NCBI GenBank assembly: GCA_950097015.1
Contig: CATNEN010000025.1
Coordinates: forward strand, 4,464,001 to 4,528,000
From: Macrostomum hystrix
Taxonomy: Eukaryota; Animalia; Platyhelminthes
Reading direction: 5' to 3'
DNA length: 64,000 nucleotides
Shown: positions 49,301-62,000 of the stretch, piece by piece
How the letters are laid out: each line of letters starts with the position of its first letter
Numbering within the stretch: position 1 is the first letter of the stretch
The notes under the pieces: generated by a model
The model's database searches: none
What the model was told of the DNA's origin: nothing
What the model saw: the letters and a program-made list of their open reading frames with translations, nothing else
Position numbers and translations under genes: made by a program

Positions 49301-51753
49301 AGATTCTCAAATGGGAATCCCCAGTTATAAGTCCATGAAGGGATTCCCGATGGAAATTCCAATCGAGCAGATCAAGAAGAGATTCCTACTTGGCATTCCC
49401 CAGCAATAGGGCCATAGAGGGATTCCCACTTAAGGATTCCTATCGGTTAAATATTTGAAGTTTACCACTTGGGATTCCCCATCTATCAATTGGATCATGG
49501 GGGGATTCCCAATTCAAATTTCCTATCTTTCAATTAGATCACAATGGGATTCCCACTTGGGATTCTCTATCTTTATATAGGGTCGTGGAGGAATTCCTTC
49601 TTGGGATTCCCAATCTTTCAATTGGATCACAGAGCATCACTGTGGTTGTAGCCTAGTAGGGTAGCCTGGTACGGGGTTTCAGCCTCGTGTGGGGTTGTAG
49701 TCTAGTAGGGGGTTGCAGTCTATTTAAGGGTTTTAGCTTAGTAGGGGTTTTAGCCTAGTAGGGTGTTGTAGCCACGTAAGGGGTTGTAGCCACGTAGGGG
49801 TTGTAGTCTCGTAGGGGGTAAAGTCTACTAGGGGGTTGTTGCCTTGTAGGGGGTAGCCTGGTAAGGGGTTGTAGCCTAGTAGGGGTTGTAGTCTCGTAGG
49901 GGGTTAAGTCTACTAGGGGGTTGTTGCCTTGTAGGGGGTAGCCTGGTAAGGGGTTGTAGCCTAGTAGGGGTTGTAGCCTAGTAGGGGTTGTAGCCTAGTA
50001 GGGGGTTGTAGCCTAGTAGGGGGTTGCAGCCTATTAAGGGTTTTAGCCTAGTAGGGGGTTGTAGTCTCGTAGGGGGTAAAGTCTACTAGGGGGTTGTTGC
50101 CTTGTAGGGGGTAGCCTGGTATGGGGTTGTAGCCTAGTAGGGGTTGTAGCCTAGTAGGGGTTGTAGCCTAGTAGGGGGTTGTAGCTTAATAGGGGGTTGT
50201 AGCCTAGTAGTGGGTTTTAGCCTAGTATGGGGTTGTAGCCTCGTTGGGGGCTAAAGTCTACTAGGGGGTTGTTGCCTTGTAGGGGGTTGCAGTCTAGTAG
50301 GTGGTAGTAGTCTAGTAGGGGGTTGTAGCCTAATTTATATTTAAATCTGAGTGACAAACAGGTTGAAATCAGAGACAGTTGTATGTCAGATAGGCAATGC
50401 ACACAAATGAAAACACGGCAGTGAAATCACCTTAGAAATAGGATGACCGCCACCTGATCTCGTCTGGCATTAACCAGGCGCCAGTCTTCAATGATAATTA
50501 GCTTCTCACGACTGCTCAACTGCAGCATGCCGAAGCTCGATTCCGGTTGCTGTCGAGGGCTGTGTTAATATCTAACAAAGGCTCGCCGCTATGCAAGCCG
50601 CTCAACGACAAGAAATATATTCAGCTGGCAAGCATTTGGACATGCGGGAATGAGAAAATCGCTGAGCTTATATCTGAAGAATCACTGTCAAACCTTCCGA
50701 AGGGCTCATCCGCCCGCGGGTGGGGATTATTTAGCAGCGCGGAGTCTTGGCCAATGCAGATTTGGATTGGGCCAGCCTAGGTGAGCTGCATGGACTATAG
50801 CGGAAGCAGAGTGTGAGGGCTGCTTGCAAGTGCCGCACTGTCCAACCCCAGCTGCATGGGCCAAGCCAAGCTTCTTCTAGTGAGAAGTTCTTTTAGCGGC
50901 TGTGTCGTGTAGTGAATAATCAATGAGGCAAATTTTCAAGCTAAGGTAGCTAGAGTTACCCTAAATTCTCAGGTAAGAGTCTAATTAATATCAACACAGA
51001 ATCGTAGCAGATTCTACAGTTCCCTATCTAGAATCGTCGCAAGATCCGCAGTTGGAATCGTCGCAATATCCGCAGTTAGAATCGTCGCAAGATCCGCAGT
51101 TGGAATCGTAGCAACATCCGCAGTTGGAATCGTCGCAACATCCGCAGTTGGAATCGTCGCAAGATCCGCAGTTGGAATCGTCGCAAGATCCGCAGTTGGA
51201 ATCGTCGCAAGATCCGCAGTTGGAATCTTCGCAAGATCCGCAGTTGGAATCGTGGCTAGATCCGCAGTTGGAATCGTGGCAAGATCCGCAGTTGGAATCG
51301 TGGCAAGATCCGCAGTTGGAATTGTGGCAAGATCCGCAGTTGGAATCGTGGCTAGATCCGCAGTTGGAATTGTGGCAAGATCCGCAGTTGGAATCGTGGC
51401 TAGATCCGCAGTTGGAATCGTGGCTAGATCCGCAGTTGGAATCGTGGCCAGATCCGCAGTGGGAATTGTGGCTAGATCCGCAGTTGGAATTGTGGCAAGA
51501 TCCGCAGTTGGAATCGTGGCTTGATCCGCAGTTGGAATCGTGGCTAGATCCGCAGTTGGAATTGTGGCTAGATCCGCAGTTGGAATCGTGGCTAGATCCG
51601 CAGTTGGAATTGTGGCTAGATCCAAAGCTAGAAAAAACTAATACAAAATCCAGTCTCTATTAAACCCAATAGACGCCAGACTAATTACGCAGCTGCACCT
51701 CTCTCACCCCGCAATCGGAATCAAGCCTACCTGGAGATTCGATTTCTTGCCAT
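46352..51753 (-). CDS. Single-domain 3/3 globin (neuroglobin-like invertebrate type), about 190 aa
   Basis: Exons 50559-50431 (LSSREKLIIIEDWRLV...VAVILFLR), 47692-47461 (MFDESPVTQSLFPRF...LRTHGLRVLAVIGAAV...IGQSHRTMGVTEQHFV), 46540-46352 (CMRQALLQTL...WAKFIDHLLHFV). Introns at B12.2 and G7.0; CD1 Phe, E7 His and F8 His present. The 23-nt first exon 51753-51731 is tentative. Confidence 0.88.
47228..47398. repeat. 17-bp minisatellite (TTCTTAGAATGTGGATT), preceded by a degenerate related tract (46730-47228)
   Basis: Direct; lies in the globin G7.0 intron. Confidence 0.9.
47715..48395. repeat. 40-bp minisatellite (CAAACATCTATGCAATCATGAAGGGATTCCCCTTCAGCAT)
   Basis: Direct periodicity; ends about 25 nt before the globin exon acceptor. 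Confidence 0.96.
49643..50332. repeat. 17/18-bp minisatellite (TAGGGGTTGTAGCCTAG) matching the SINE A 5' end
   Basis: Unit shares TAGGGGTTGTAGCCTAGT exactly with 25251-25268. Confidence 0.9.
51025..51625. repeat. 24-bp minisatellite (AGATCCGCAGTTGGAATCGTGGCT)
   Basis: Direct periodicity. Confidence 0.96.
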
Positions 51754-53108
51754 CCTAAGCTCTAGTTCTAATCGATTTTTTGGCCCGTCAGTGAAGTCCG
51801 TCTCTTCCATAAGCTAAGCAGAGTGATCGAATGGAAGCTCCATTTATACATTCGAGCCAAATTTGCCTGCATACTGTATCTATAGGCTATAATTATACTT
51901 GATTAGTGGGCTCACTAGTGGGAGCCAGTGGGCTCAGATGACGGTTGAGATCTGATAACAATCGGTTTTTATGCATCTTATTGATTTATTGGTAAGCCAA
52001 TTGGTGAACTAATCGCTGACTTTGACGCATTTAGATCGTAAATGGAAGAAAATAAACTACAAAGCTAGAAACTATGCGAAAAGCACAAACAAGAAATAAG
52101 TCTTCTGATTATTTTTCGGCCGCAACTACAATGCCATTAGATCCTACTACTAGTAGGATGAAATGAACATGTGAAATTAACTGGCAAAAAAACAATTTAT
52201 TTCACATTATATTGCACTTTGAAGTGGCAAATCAACTTAGTAATAAGAATGCCGAAGTTTTTTATCAATTACAGAAGCAAGTCAATTTATTTTTAATTTA
52301 ATTTAATTAAACTAGACTAGCATAGAATTGACTCATGGGTCACGTGAGCACAAAGTCAATATAATTAAAAAACTAAGATAAATTAAATACTTACAAACAT
52401 GCTTAAAGTGCAAGCCTAAAAGTAACAAGAAAATTTCTGTATTTACGAGCTGAGTATAAGTAGTTGGAAGCAGCAATATTATAACCAAGATTAATACAAA
52501 TAAGATGCATGGTGGTTTGCAAAAATGAAAAGTATGCGGGGGGTTAAAAGAACACAGAAGAACTCCAGAATTAAGCCTGTGCTTGTCAACTGTGGCCCTG
52601 AAAAATAAACAAAATGGCAAAAATAGAAACATTTTTATGAAACAAGTATTGCTTGTCAAGAAAATGAAAACAATGATAATTAAAAAACTATATCAAGGTA
52701 ACACATAAAATGAGTTGGAATGTCATTGTCAATGTTGCTGACATGAGGAATGTGTTTAGTGCATGGTGATAAAATTTAGTGCTTACTAAAAATAACAATA
52801 TTGGAAGTTGCTTCACTAGCTAGTCAAGTTTTAAGATTTGCTGTGCACAAATGTAAACTATTTTTTAGTTAGGTTCTGAAATAGTCAGCTATTTTTTGTT
52901 TGTTTATAAATATATTTTATGAGTGATGTAGTTACTTTATAGGGTCCGATGCATAATAACTACAAACAAATCATATCTTTCTGCTACAATTTCATATCAT
53001 AAGCTACGCTTAAAGTGCAAACTAAATGCAGTAACTTCAAGATTAATGCATAATTTACTTACCGCTTATTTACATTTCAGATTCTAATTATTTCGTTAAC
53101 TTAGATGT

Positions 53109-53420
53109 TCATTTGATTTTTGCATACACACAGCCTCGAAATGAGTTGTACCTTACGTCTATCTCATCTTCTTCTAATTCGTCAAAACCATAAATTTCAT
53201 TGTAGCACTCTTTCGAAGCACATTCACGAACGCACTTCTCGCGCTGTAAGAAGTCACTTATATGAGAACAGCCAGGTCTGCATTCATTTATTCTATCGTT
53301 AACTTTTCGTTGATATTTTTGTTTCGATTTAAGAGAGTAACGGGGGAAGGCAAATTGAGGTTGACAATAATATAGTTCCAGAAGAAGCAAAAATGACAGA
53401 AATACATATATACTACGCAT
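53109..53420 (-). CDS. Small secreted Cys-rich protein, DUF4787-like, single exon, 103 aa
   Basis: Hydrophobic N-terminus (MRSIYVFLSFLLLLELYYC), then CVRECASKECYNEIYGFDELEEDEIDVRYNSFRGC, a pattern recalled from DUF4787 proteins. First ATG at 53420. Confidence 0.8.
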   Translation of the reverse strand: MRSIYVFLSFLLLLELYYCQPQFAFPRYSLKSKQKYQRKVNDRINECRPGCSHISDFLQREKCVRECASKECYNEIYGFDELEEDEIDVRYNSFRGCVYAKIK

Positions 53421-54654
53421 GGCATAGAAAATCAAAGCCTTACAGCGAACAACTCTGACTTTAGAATTAAAATAAAAAACTCGAGAAACAAATGGAGACT
53501 ACGAAATTTATATTAGAGAAGTGAGATCCTGCGTAGTAAAAATATTATATTTCAACTCAGTCAAGGTTTCTTTCTTGGAATTTTGAGATCTCAAATCTAC
53601 GTGTGTTCACGCAAACGATTTAAACTTTCGCGACAGCCCGGAAAAGTAATGAATAGCATAAAATGATGATAATTTACTTTAATTGCCAAAGATTATTTAC
53701 TTTGAGATCTATTCTGTGTAAAAATTATCTAAATGCAAGCGTCTATCTGCTTCCAAAAGGCAAAATTTATTGACGGCATTCCTATTGGCATACACATAAA
53801 GAAACTCTGCGTTGAAAATCTTCAAATCGTTCAAAGTCTTCAAATCATGTCATCTAAGTTGCTCTGCTTCAGCTTTCATGGAAATTGCTACTTTAAAAGA
53901 AGTAGATGCGTGTTCTTCGACTTAATACGAGAAGTAAACTTCGAAAAAATATCGAAAAAGGAAAACATAGCATAATAAATTCCTAGTAACGATAATTCAT
54001 TTCTCTCTAAAAAAATTCACCTTTGTTCTTTGCTTGGCTAGCCTCTTTTTCTGCCCACAGCACTATTTTGACATCAATCGATGGCATTGACCGAGTCAAT
54101 CAAATCAGCTCTCATTGCTCTCGAGTCTTCCCCATTTGCTCTCTCTCATAAATCAGTCATTTTCCGTCTGAAAATTTGTCCCCATCGCTAAGGGGGAGAG
54201 CGATTTTCCTGGAATTCCTTCGAATCTCGATTTTTTATAAATCGCCGAACGGATGAAATTCGTTCTTTATCCAACTTCACTTATTGGGGGGAGATGGGAG
54301 CATTTGGGATCGGACACTGGCGCGGCTAAGAAATAGAGCACGAGACGCGAGGATAAGGGGTGGGGGAAAGAGGCGAATTCCCCGAAGGGATCGGAGCGGG
54401 ATTTTTCGTCACTCAATCGGGCATCGATTATTGGAGTCCATGGCAAGCCGCTGCCATTGAAGAAGGAAACGACCGTTCGATGCCGCAGCTGAAAATGAGA
54501 TGGGAATTCGATAAGGAGAGGGGAGGCAGGAATGCTGATTAGAGAGGGAAAAACTCTGTGCTTATATATTTTTAAACAAAAACTCAACTGAAGATGAACT
54601 TAACTCAGCGCAAAAAAATCATTAAGGTGTGGTAGTTTAAGGGGGAGACTAAGT

Positions 54655-55010
54655 AAGAGTGTGAGTGGGAAGGTGAGAGGGAGGGTGAGAGGGAGGGTGA
54701 GAGGGAGCGTGAGAGGGAGGGTGAGAGGGAGGGTGAGAGGGAGGGTGAGAGGGAGCGTGAGAGGGAGGGTGAGAGGGAGGGTGAGAGGGAGGGTGAGAGG
54801 GAGGGTGAGAGGGAGGGTGAGTGGGAGGGTGAGAGGGAGGGTGAGAGGGAGGGTGAGAGGGAGGGTGAGAGGGAGCGTGAGAGGGAGGGTGAGTGGGAGG
54901 GTGAAAGGGAGGGTGAGATGTAGAGTTGGTAAGAGTGCTAGTGGGAGGAGGGTGAGTGGGAGGGTGAAAGGGAGGGTGAGATGTAGAGTTGGTAAGAGTG
55001 CTAGTGGGAG
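54655..55010. repeat. 12-bp G-rich repeat (GAGGGAGGGTGA)
   Basis: Direct; dense GGG runs. Confidence 0.95.
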
Positions 55011-55516
55011 GTGCATTAGTGAAGAGAAAATACTCACTGAGAAGGTATTTTATTGCCGTAAAACTTAACAACGACTTTAGCTTGAGAAAATCCGATTTTT
55101 TGCTTCATAGCTCAATTTCGGCAGAAAATCCGTAGAACTAACAATTTTACCTATAATTTTAGAAGCTTGTACAGTTCTGCTTTATTTCAGACTATGAAAG
55201 TAACTTTGCCCCTCCCCATTTTCATCCTTCAGCCCTTGTTCTCAATAGATGTCAATTTTGTTCACAGTTTTGAGTTTGCCAAAACGGCATCAAGTCTAAT
55301 GCAGGCTCTTCTAGTAGCGCGAAGCCCCTTCTTACCTCCAAAATAGGGCTTGGCACACATGCAGCTCCCGCCAAGCCATCTCCTCCTTGCCATTGTTGCC
55401 TATTGTTTCGCCCCACCACCCCATGCTACCAGATTGGGAGAATTTTCTGAGCGACCTGAGCCCAATATTGATTTGGGGGTAACTGCTTTCGTTCGTTAGC
55501 TGTGGGGCGGGGTAAC

Positions 55517-55633
<117 letters not shown>

Positions 55634-55864
55634 ACTTTCACTCTTCCCCTCGTCTGTAAACTCATTCCCTTTGTGCATCGAAATACCAGCTGCTATCACC
55701 AGCTGGGCTAGTTGAATGGTTTTGCCTGTACGGCAGGTGTAAAAAAGTTATTTTATCGATCAAAGAGATTTAATTCCCATCTCATCGTATCTCATTTCAT
55801 TCTACCGCGTGTGTTTTCAGAATGCTTTTTGCATGGCGATTGGAGAGCAAAGGATTCTTTAGGA

Positions 55865-56475
55865 CTTGCAATAATCTCATAGCTGCTTGACAATAATCTC
55901 ATAGCGGCTTTGCAATAATCTCATAGCGGCTTGACAATAATCTCATAGCAGCTTTGCAATAATCTCATAGCGGCTTTACAATAATCTCATAGCAGCTTTG
56001 CAATAATCTCATAGCGGCTTTGCAATAATCTCATAGCAGCTTTGCAATAATCTCATAGCGGCTTTGCAATAATCTCATAGCAACTTTGCAATAATCTCAT
56101 AGCGGCTTTGCAATAATCTCATAGCGTCTTTGCAATAATCTCATAGCAGCTTTGCAATAATCTCATAGCAGCTTTGCAATAATCTCATAGCAGATTTGCA
56201 ATAATCTCATAGCAGATTTGCAATAATCTCATAGCAGATTTGCAATAATCTCATAGCGTCTTTGCAATAATCTCATAGCAGATTTGCAATAATCTCATAG
56301 CAACTTTGCAATAATCTCATAGCGGCTTTGCAATAATCTCATAGCGGCTTTGCAATAATCTCATAGCGGCTTTGCAATAATCTCATAGCAGATTTGCAAT
56401 AATCTCATAGCAGATTTGCAATAATCTCATAGCAGATTTGCAATAATCTCACAGCAGATTTGCAATAATCTCATA
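55865..56475. repeat. 22-bp minisatellite (ATAATCTCATAGCAGCTTTGCA)
   Basis: Direct periodicity. Confidence 0.96.
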
Positions 56476-57020
56476 AACTGCACAGTTCAACTGCTCAATA
56501 GAAAACTTGTGGCTCAGCTAGCAGTCGATACTGCACAGTGAATAGAAATCAATTATTGAACTAAGGAGCCAGTGTATCAGTGTCCCACACGGCCGCCCCT
56601 ACTCATGCATTTATTGATTTGTAGCAGCCTCACGGGGCAAGCATAATCAGGAGGTGGGGGGGGAAATTGCTGGCCAAACTGCTGCCTAAAAAATCGATCG
56701 ATCAGACCCAATCTGCTAGCAGAAAGGATGAAAGCCAATAACTATTTCATGTGTTCATAAATATATACGCATGCATTAAAGATTCATCCTAAGCTACTCA
56801 GGATTACTCGTATGATCGATTTGAGCAGTGGGGCAGCTACAAGGAGACTTGTGCATTAATTATTTCACTCCGAATCAATAACCAATAATCAACATCGATT
56901 TCCATTCGCCAGCAAACAAAAATAGATCAAATCTCTTGCCTTGATCTGTTGCCTTGCCGCGGAATCGAACTCACAGACCTTGCGTTAAATAACCTAGCCA
57001 TCCAGCTCAAAGCAGCCGGT

Positions 57021-57077
<57 letters not shown>

Positions 57078-57104
57078 TGTAGTAGCAGTAGTAACGATAC
57101 TAAA

Positions 57105-57185
57105 TGACAAATTGTTCCATTGGAATCGAACCACAGACCTTCAAATCACGAGTCCGACGCTCTAACCGCTAGGCTACAATCCCTG
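57105..57185 (-). mobile_element. SINE A tRNA-like head fragment next to a (TAA)n tract (57025-57078)
   Basis: Minus strand GATTGTAGCCTAGCGGTTAGAGCGTCGGACT...GGTTCGATTCCAATGGAACAATTTGTC. Confidence 0.7.
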
Positions 57186-59065
57186 GTATTCTAGTTATTA
57201 AATAACCTTTCATTGATGCGGCCACTGCGGGTCCGGTGCACGTGCAGTCTGTGTACACCTAATAGCGCATGTGCGGCCTGTACAAGATTGTGGATCATTG
57301 GCCGCGGCAAAAGCCCTGGCGGTTGGCTCCGTAGGGTAGCTAGGAGGGGTTCGGCGACTCGTCCGGGTCGCCCGACGATGCCTGGCTTCAAGGCATCGGA
57401 ACGTCGACCGCCTGATCCCGTCCGGACTGCCCCCCCGCGCCATAGCCGACTCCCCCCCGCAACTCCCCATCGGAGCAGGGATAAAAAGAAACGGAATAAA
57501 ATTTGCTGCCGGCTTCGGATGGAGAACAGGGAAAGACGCTGCAGAGAGAAGAAAAGCTGACTTCAATGAAGGGGTTGCGCGGGTCGGGGCAGGGAACGAT
57601 CGCGAAGGGATTCAGGGGTTGGCTGCCGGATGACTGTAGACTTTAAAGGATTCAGGAGGCTGGGAGATGGGTTGGGGAGGTGTGCGGCCGCGGCAAACAT
57701 GCCTAGGTGCGGGTAGAGCGGAGGGGAGAGAAATGGGAGACTTTGCGGGGACTGACTGGGTACGTTGAAGTGAAGGGGATTTCATTCCAGTAGGAAAACA
57801 CGGGAGAAAAATCGATAGCAGATAATCAGGGATCGCTGCGCCAACCCCAACCTCCGCCACTGTAGTTGCAGGCGCCAGCCTTTCCAGCCTACCCAATGTC
57901 CTCGCCACTCCCAGCCTCCCCGCAGCCTCATCACTATAACTCCCAATGCAGGAAATCCATTCCTGTAGGATTTAAAAAAATTACGGACCTTGTGAGTAAA
58001 AACTGAGTTGAGAAAAATTGACCGAATTCCAATCGTTGATTAAAAAACCCGATCAATTTTTTGTCCCAACGTCATTCGGAGCTGGTAAAGAAATAATCGA
58101 TAATCGATCGATTGGGGAAACTGTGCAAAACTAAAGTGCATTAGTGGCCGCATGAACTGGTTTGGAGCTGCAACTGCAGCCGAGACAGCCGAAACTGCGG
58201 ACTCCAGCGAAGCGGAGCCGATGACGCCGGAAGGCCAAGGCCAGATTGGGTCGAGGTGCGAAGTGCCAATTTTCGTTCCGTTCTTAAAATCGATTCCCTA
58301 CTCCAATTGTTCCCATTTGTACCTACGCGACTGTCTATTGTTTGTTTGTAGCCACCCGCCCCCCCCGCCTGACTCAGCGATCGAACCCACCCGCCACCTG
58401 TAAAACCCGATCGATAATTGCTCACCGAGATGGGAGAGAGGAGAGATGACTAGAACAAACCTAGCCTGGCTGAGAATGGGAGATTGGGATCAGATTCTTT
58501 TGCAGCTGCAACTGACCGGGAAGGATTTGGTCGGGGAGGATAAGAGCATTGGGGGACAGGGGAGGTGGTTGGGGAGAATTCTCCCGGCCCTCATCCGCCA
58601 TCCATCTTCCCCAGACCCTCTGCCCCGCCGGCCGCCACCCCCCCCATTCAGACCGCCTCGTCAGCTTCTGCTGAGCACTCCTCCCAGCCTCCCGTCTTCC
58701 AATCTCTCTTTGATCAGCGAAGGGATTTTTGGTTATCGATCCGGGTCTGAACGACTGATTTCCCAACCCCCAGCCAATGCCGAGTACAGTCTTTCCACCG
58801 CCCGCTGCCTCCAGTGTGCATCATCGGTTAGACTTCTTACTTTGCCAACTGGTGTTGCTAAATCAGCCTCCCGCCCCCCTAACCCGGTCTCCAGGCGCAA
58901 GTTTCAGTGCTAATCCAATAGCTTAAAACTTACACATTCCACAGAGACAGCTCTGCACTGGATTTGGATAATAACAATTATCAGGTGAGCTGACTTTTCA
59001 AGTAATAAATGGACTAATAATCAGTGTGCAATTTTTAATTCCTAGATGCAATTTCCTTTCGACAG

Positions 59066-62000
59066 GATTTGCAACGAATGGAGTCGGAATTGTTGCTTCT
59101 AGAATCATCCGTTGGCGGCGATAGTGAGGTAGGCGCGCTGTTTTTGTAGGCTCAAGTCTTTGTTATCTGCGTTTGACTTTTTTCAATTGCAATTTCATGA
59201 TTTAAACAATTTTTTCAGATACACCAGCTTACTGCTATGGTTGCCAGTCTAAAAGAGAGCGTTGGCAACAAGGTGAGAGAATATTTATTTACCAGCTCTT
59301 AGTCTTTAATCCTTAACGATAATCCTGTCCCTAACTCGCCCATAAACAAAGATCAAAGCTATGGAGGAGGAGCTGGCCGCCAAAGATGAGATCATCAGTC
59401 AGCTCAGAGCGGAGCTGCGGCATTGTACAGGCTGTGCGGGCATCAAGGAGCGATTGGACAGGTATAATAAAATTTGGTAACAGTTGACTTGCAGCCAGCG
59501 AGGAGGCAATTCTGCCCATTCCGCTGACTTCTGAGCACAGCCACTTAGATACTCAAACGGGTGTGCACATCTGCCCTGACATTCTCATTTCTCATGTGGC
59601 TGGAAATGCCGCGAATTCGAGCTCCGGACCACTCCAAGCCCACTCCGATTGGACCAACAGCCAAATCTTCTTTCCATTGCAGGCTGGAGCAATCGGCCCA
59701 GACCGAAGACCCCAGATGCCACTGGAAACAGGCGAACAGTGACTCTCTGCTGTTGCTGGGCTCAGCGGAGAGAGCCACCTGCTCCATCGACATTGGTGCG
59801 TCTGGACAGCCGGGGCTCTGCGCATCGGTTGGGCGGCAAAGACGGCGGCGGAAAGGGAGGGGGAGAGGGGAAGAGAAAAATGGAGACAGAGAGGGAGAGG
59901 GAGAGATTGGAAGAGGGAGGAGAGGAAGAGAGAGGGAGTGGAAAGGTGAGGGAGGGAAAGGGAGAGAGAGGGAGTTAGGGGAAGAGAGAGATAAGGAGAG
60001 AGAGGGAGTTAGGGGAAGAGAGAGATAAGGAGAGAGAGGGAGTTAGGGGAAGAGAGAGATAAGAAGAGTGAGGGAGTTAGGGGAAGAGAGAGATAAGGAG
60101 AGAGAGGGAGTTAGGGGAAGAGAGAGATAAGGAGAGAGAGGGAGTTAGGGGAAGAGAGAGATAAGGAGAGAGAGGGAGTTAGGGGAAGAGAGAGATAAGG
60201 AGAGAGAGGGAGTTAGGGGAAGAGAGAGATAAGGAGAGAGAGGGAGTTAGGGGAAGAGAGAGATAAGGAGAGAGAGGGAGTTAGGGGAAGAGAGAGATAA
60301 GGAGAGAGAGGGAGTTAGGGGAAGAGAGAGATAAGGAGAGAGAGGGAGTTAGGGGAAGAGAGAGATAAGAAGAGTGAGGGAGTTAGGGGAAGAGAGAGAT
60401 AAGGAGAGAGAGGGAGTTAGGGGAAGAGAGAGATAAGGAGAGAGACGGAGTTAGGGGAAGAGAGAGATAAGGAGAGAGAGGGAGTTAGGGGAAGAGAGAG
60501 ATAAGGAGAGAGAGGGAGTTAGGGGAAGAGAGAGATAAGGAGAGAGAGGGAGTTAGGGGAAGAGAGAGATAAGGAGAGAGAGGGAGTTAGGGGAAGAGAG
60601 AGATAAGGAGAGAGAGGGAGTTAGGGGAAGAGAGAGATAAGGAGAGAGAGGGAGTTAGGGGAAGAGAGAGATAAGGAGAGAGAGGGAGTTAGGTGAAGAG
60701 AGAGATAAGGAGAGAGAGGGAGTTAGGTGAAGAGAGAGATAAGGAGAGAGAGGGAGTTAGGGGAAGAGAGAGATAAGGAGAGAGAGGGAGTTAGGGGAAG
60801 AGAGAGATAAGAAGAGTGAGGGAGTTAGGGGAAGAGAGAGATAAGGAGAGAGAGGGAGTTAGGGGAAGAGAGAGATAAGGAGAGAGACGGAGTTAGGGGA
60901 AGAGAGAGATAAGGAGAGAGAGGGAGTTAGGGGAAGAGAGAGATAAGGAGAGAGAGGGAGTTAGGGGAAGAGAGAGATAAGGAGAGAGAGGGAGTTAGGG
61001 GAAGAGAGAGATAAGGAGAGAGAGGGAGTTAGGGGAAGAGAGAGATAAGGAGAGAGAGGGAGTTAGGGGAAGAGAGAGATAAGGAGAGAGAGGGAGTTAG
61101 GGGAAGAGAGAGATAAGGAGAGAGAGGGAGTTAGGTGAAGAGAGAGATAAGGAGAGAGAGGGAGTTAGGGGAAGAGAGAGATAAGGAGAGAGAGGGAGTT
61201 AGGGGAAGAGAGAGATAAGGAGAGAGAGGGAGTTAGGGGAAGAGAGAGATAAGGAGAGAGAGGGAGTTAGGTGAAGAGAGAGATAAGGAGAGAGAGGGAG
61301 TTAGGGGAAGAGAGAGATAAGGAGAGAGAGGGAGTTAGGGGAAGAGAGAGATAAGGAGAGAGAGGGAGTTAGGTGAAGAGAGAGATAAGGAGAGAGAGGG
61401 AGTTAGGGAAAGAGAGAGATAGGGAGAGAGACGGAGTTAGGGGAAGAGAGAGATAAGGAGAGAGAGGGAGTTAGGGAAAGAGAGAGATAGGGAGAGAGAC
61501 GGAGTTAGGGAAAGAGAGAGATAGGGAGAGAGACGGAGTTAGGGAAAGAGAGAGATAAGGAGAGAGAGGGAGTTAGGGAAAGAGAGAGATAAGGAGAGAG
61601 AGAGGGAGAGGCTTGTCCAAACTTTGAAGTGTGAAATTCTAATGAAAACGATTCATTAGAATCGTTAGACTCGGGCTAATAGCTGTCTGCAGCTCCATCC
61701 CCATCGTATCCGTGCCGCAACAGCAGGCTCAAGTGCCAATACTCGACCAGCCGGACTATTGCTCGGGTGCGGCAGTGACGCCGTACAACAGCCGGCCATT
61801 GTCATCGCTCATCGCAGCGGCGTCAGCATCTGCAGCACCGGCTGTGGCGCCCCGACCGCCCAGTATCTAGTATCGACGGCTCCCTCGCTGCAGCTGACTC
61901 TGCAGCCCATTCAGCAGCCGCCGCCGCCACCACCGCCGCCGCCGCCGCCACCGCCGCCTCTTCCTCCGCTGACGTCGACATCGCCAGCTTCTCCGGCGCA

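Noticed and set aside
55330-55400. EMAWRELHVPSPILE on the minus strand, reminiscent of the DDX24 pre-Q-motif segment
   Set aside because: No following GFxxPTPIQ or any helicase motif was found downstream; probably chance.
57190-58915. GC-rich ORFs upstream of the CUT gene, including MGDWDQILLQLQL as a possible Cux N-terminus
   Set aside because: Similarity too weak and splice phases could not be tied confidently to the downstream exons.
59940-61610. Interstitial telomere (TTAGGG in most units; TTTAGG also at 29.4-30.1 kb)
   Set aside because: A single hexamer embedded in a 34-bp unit, never tandem.
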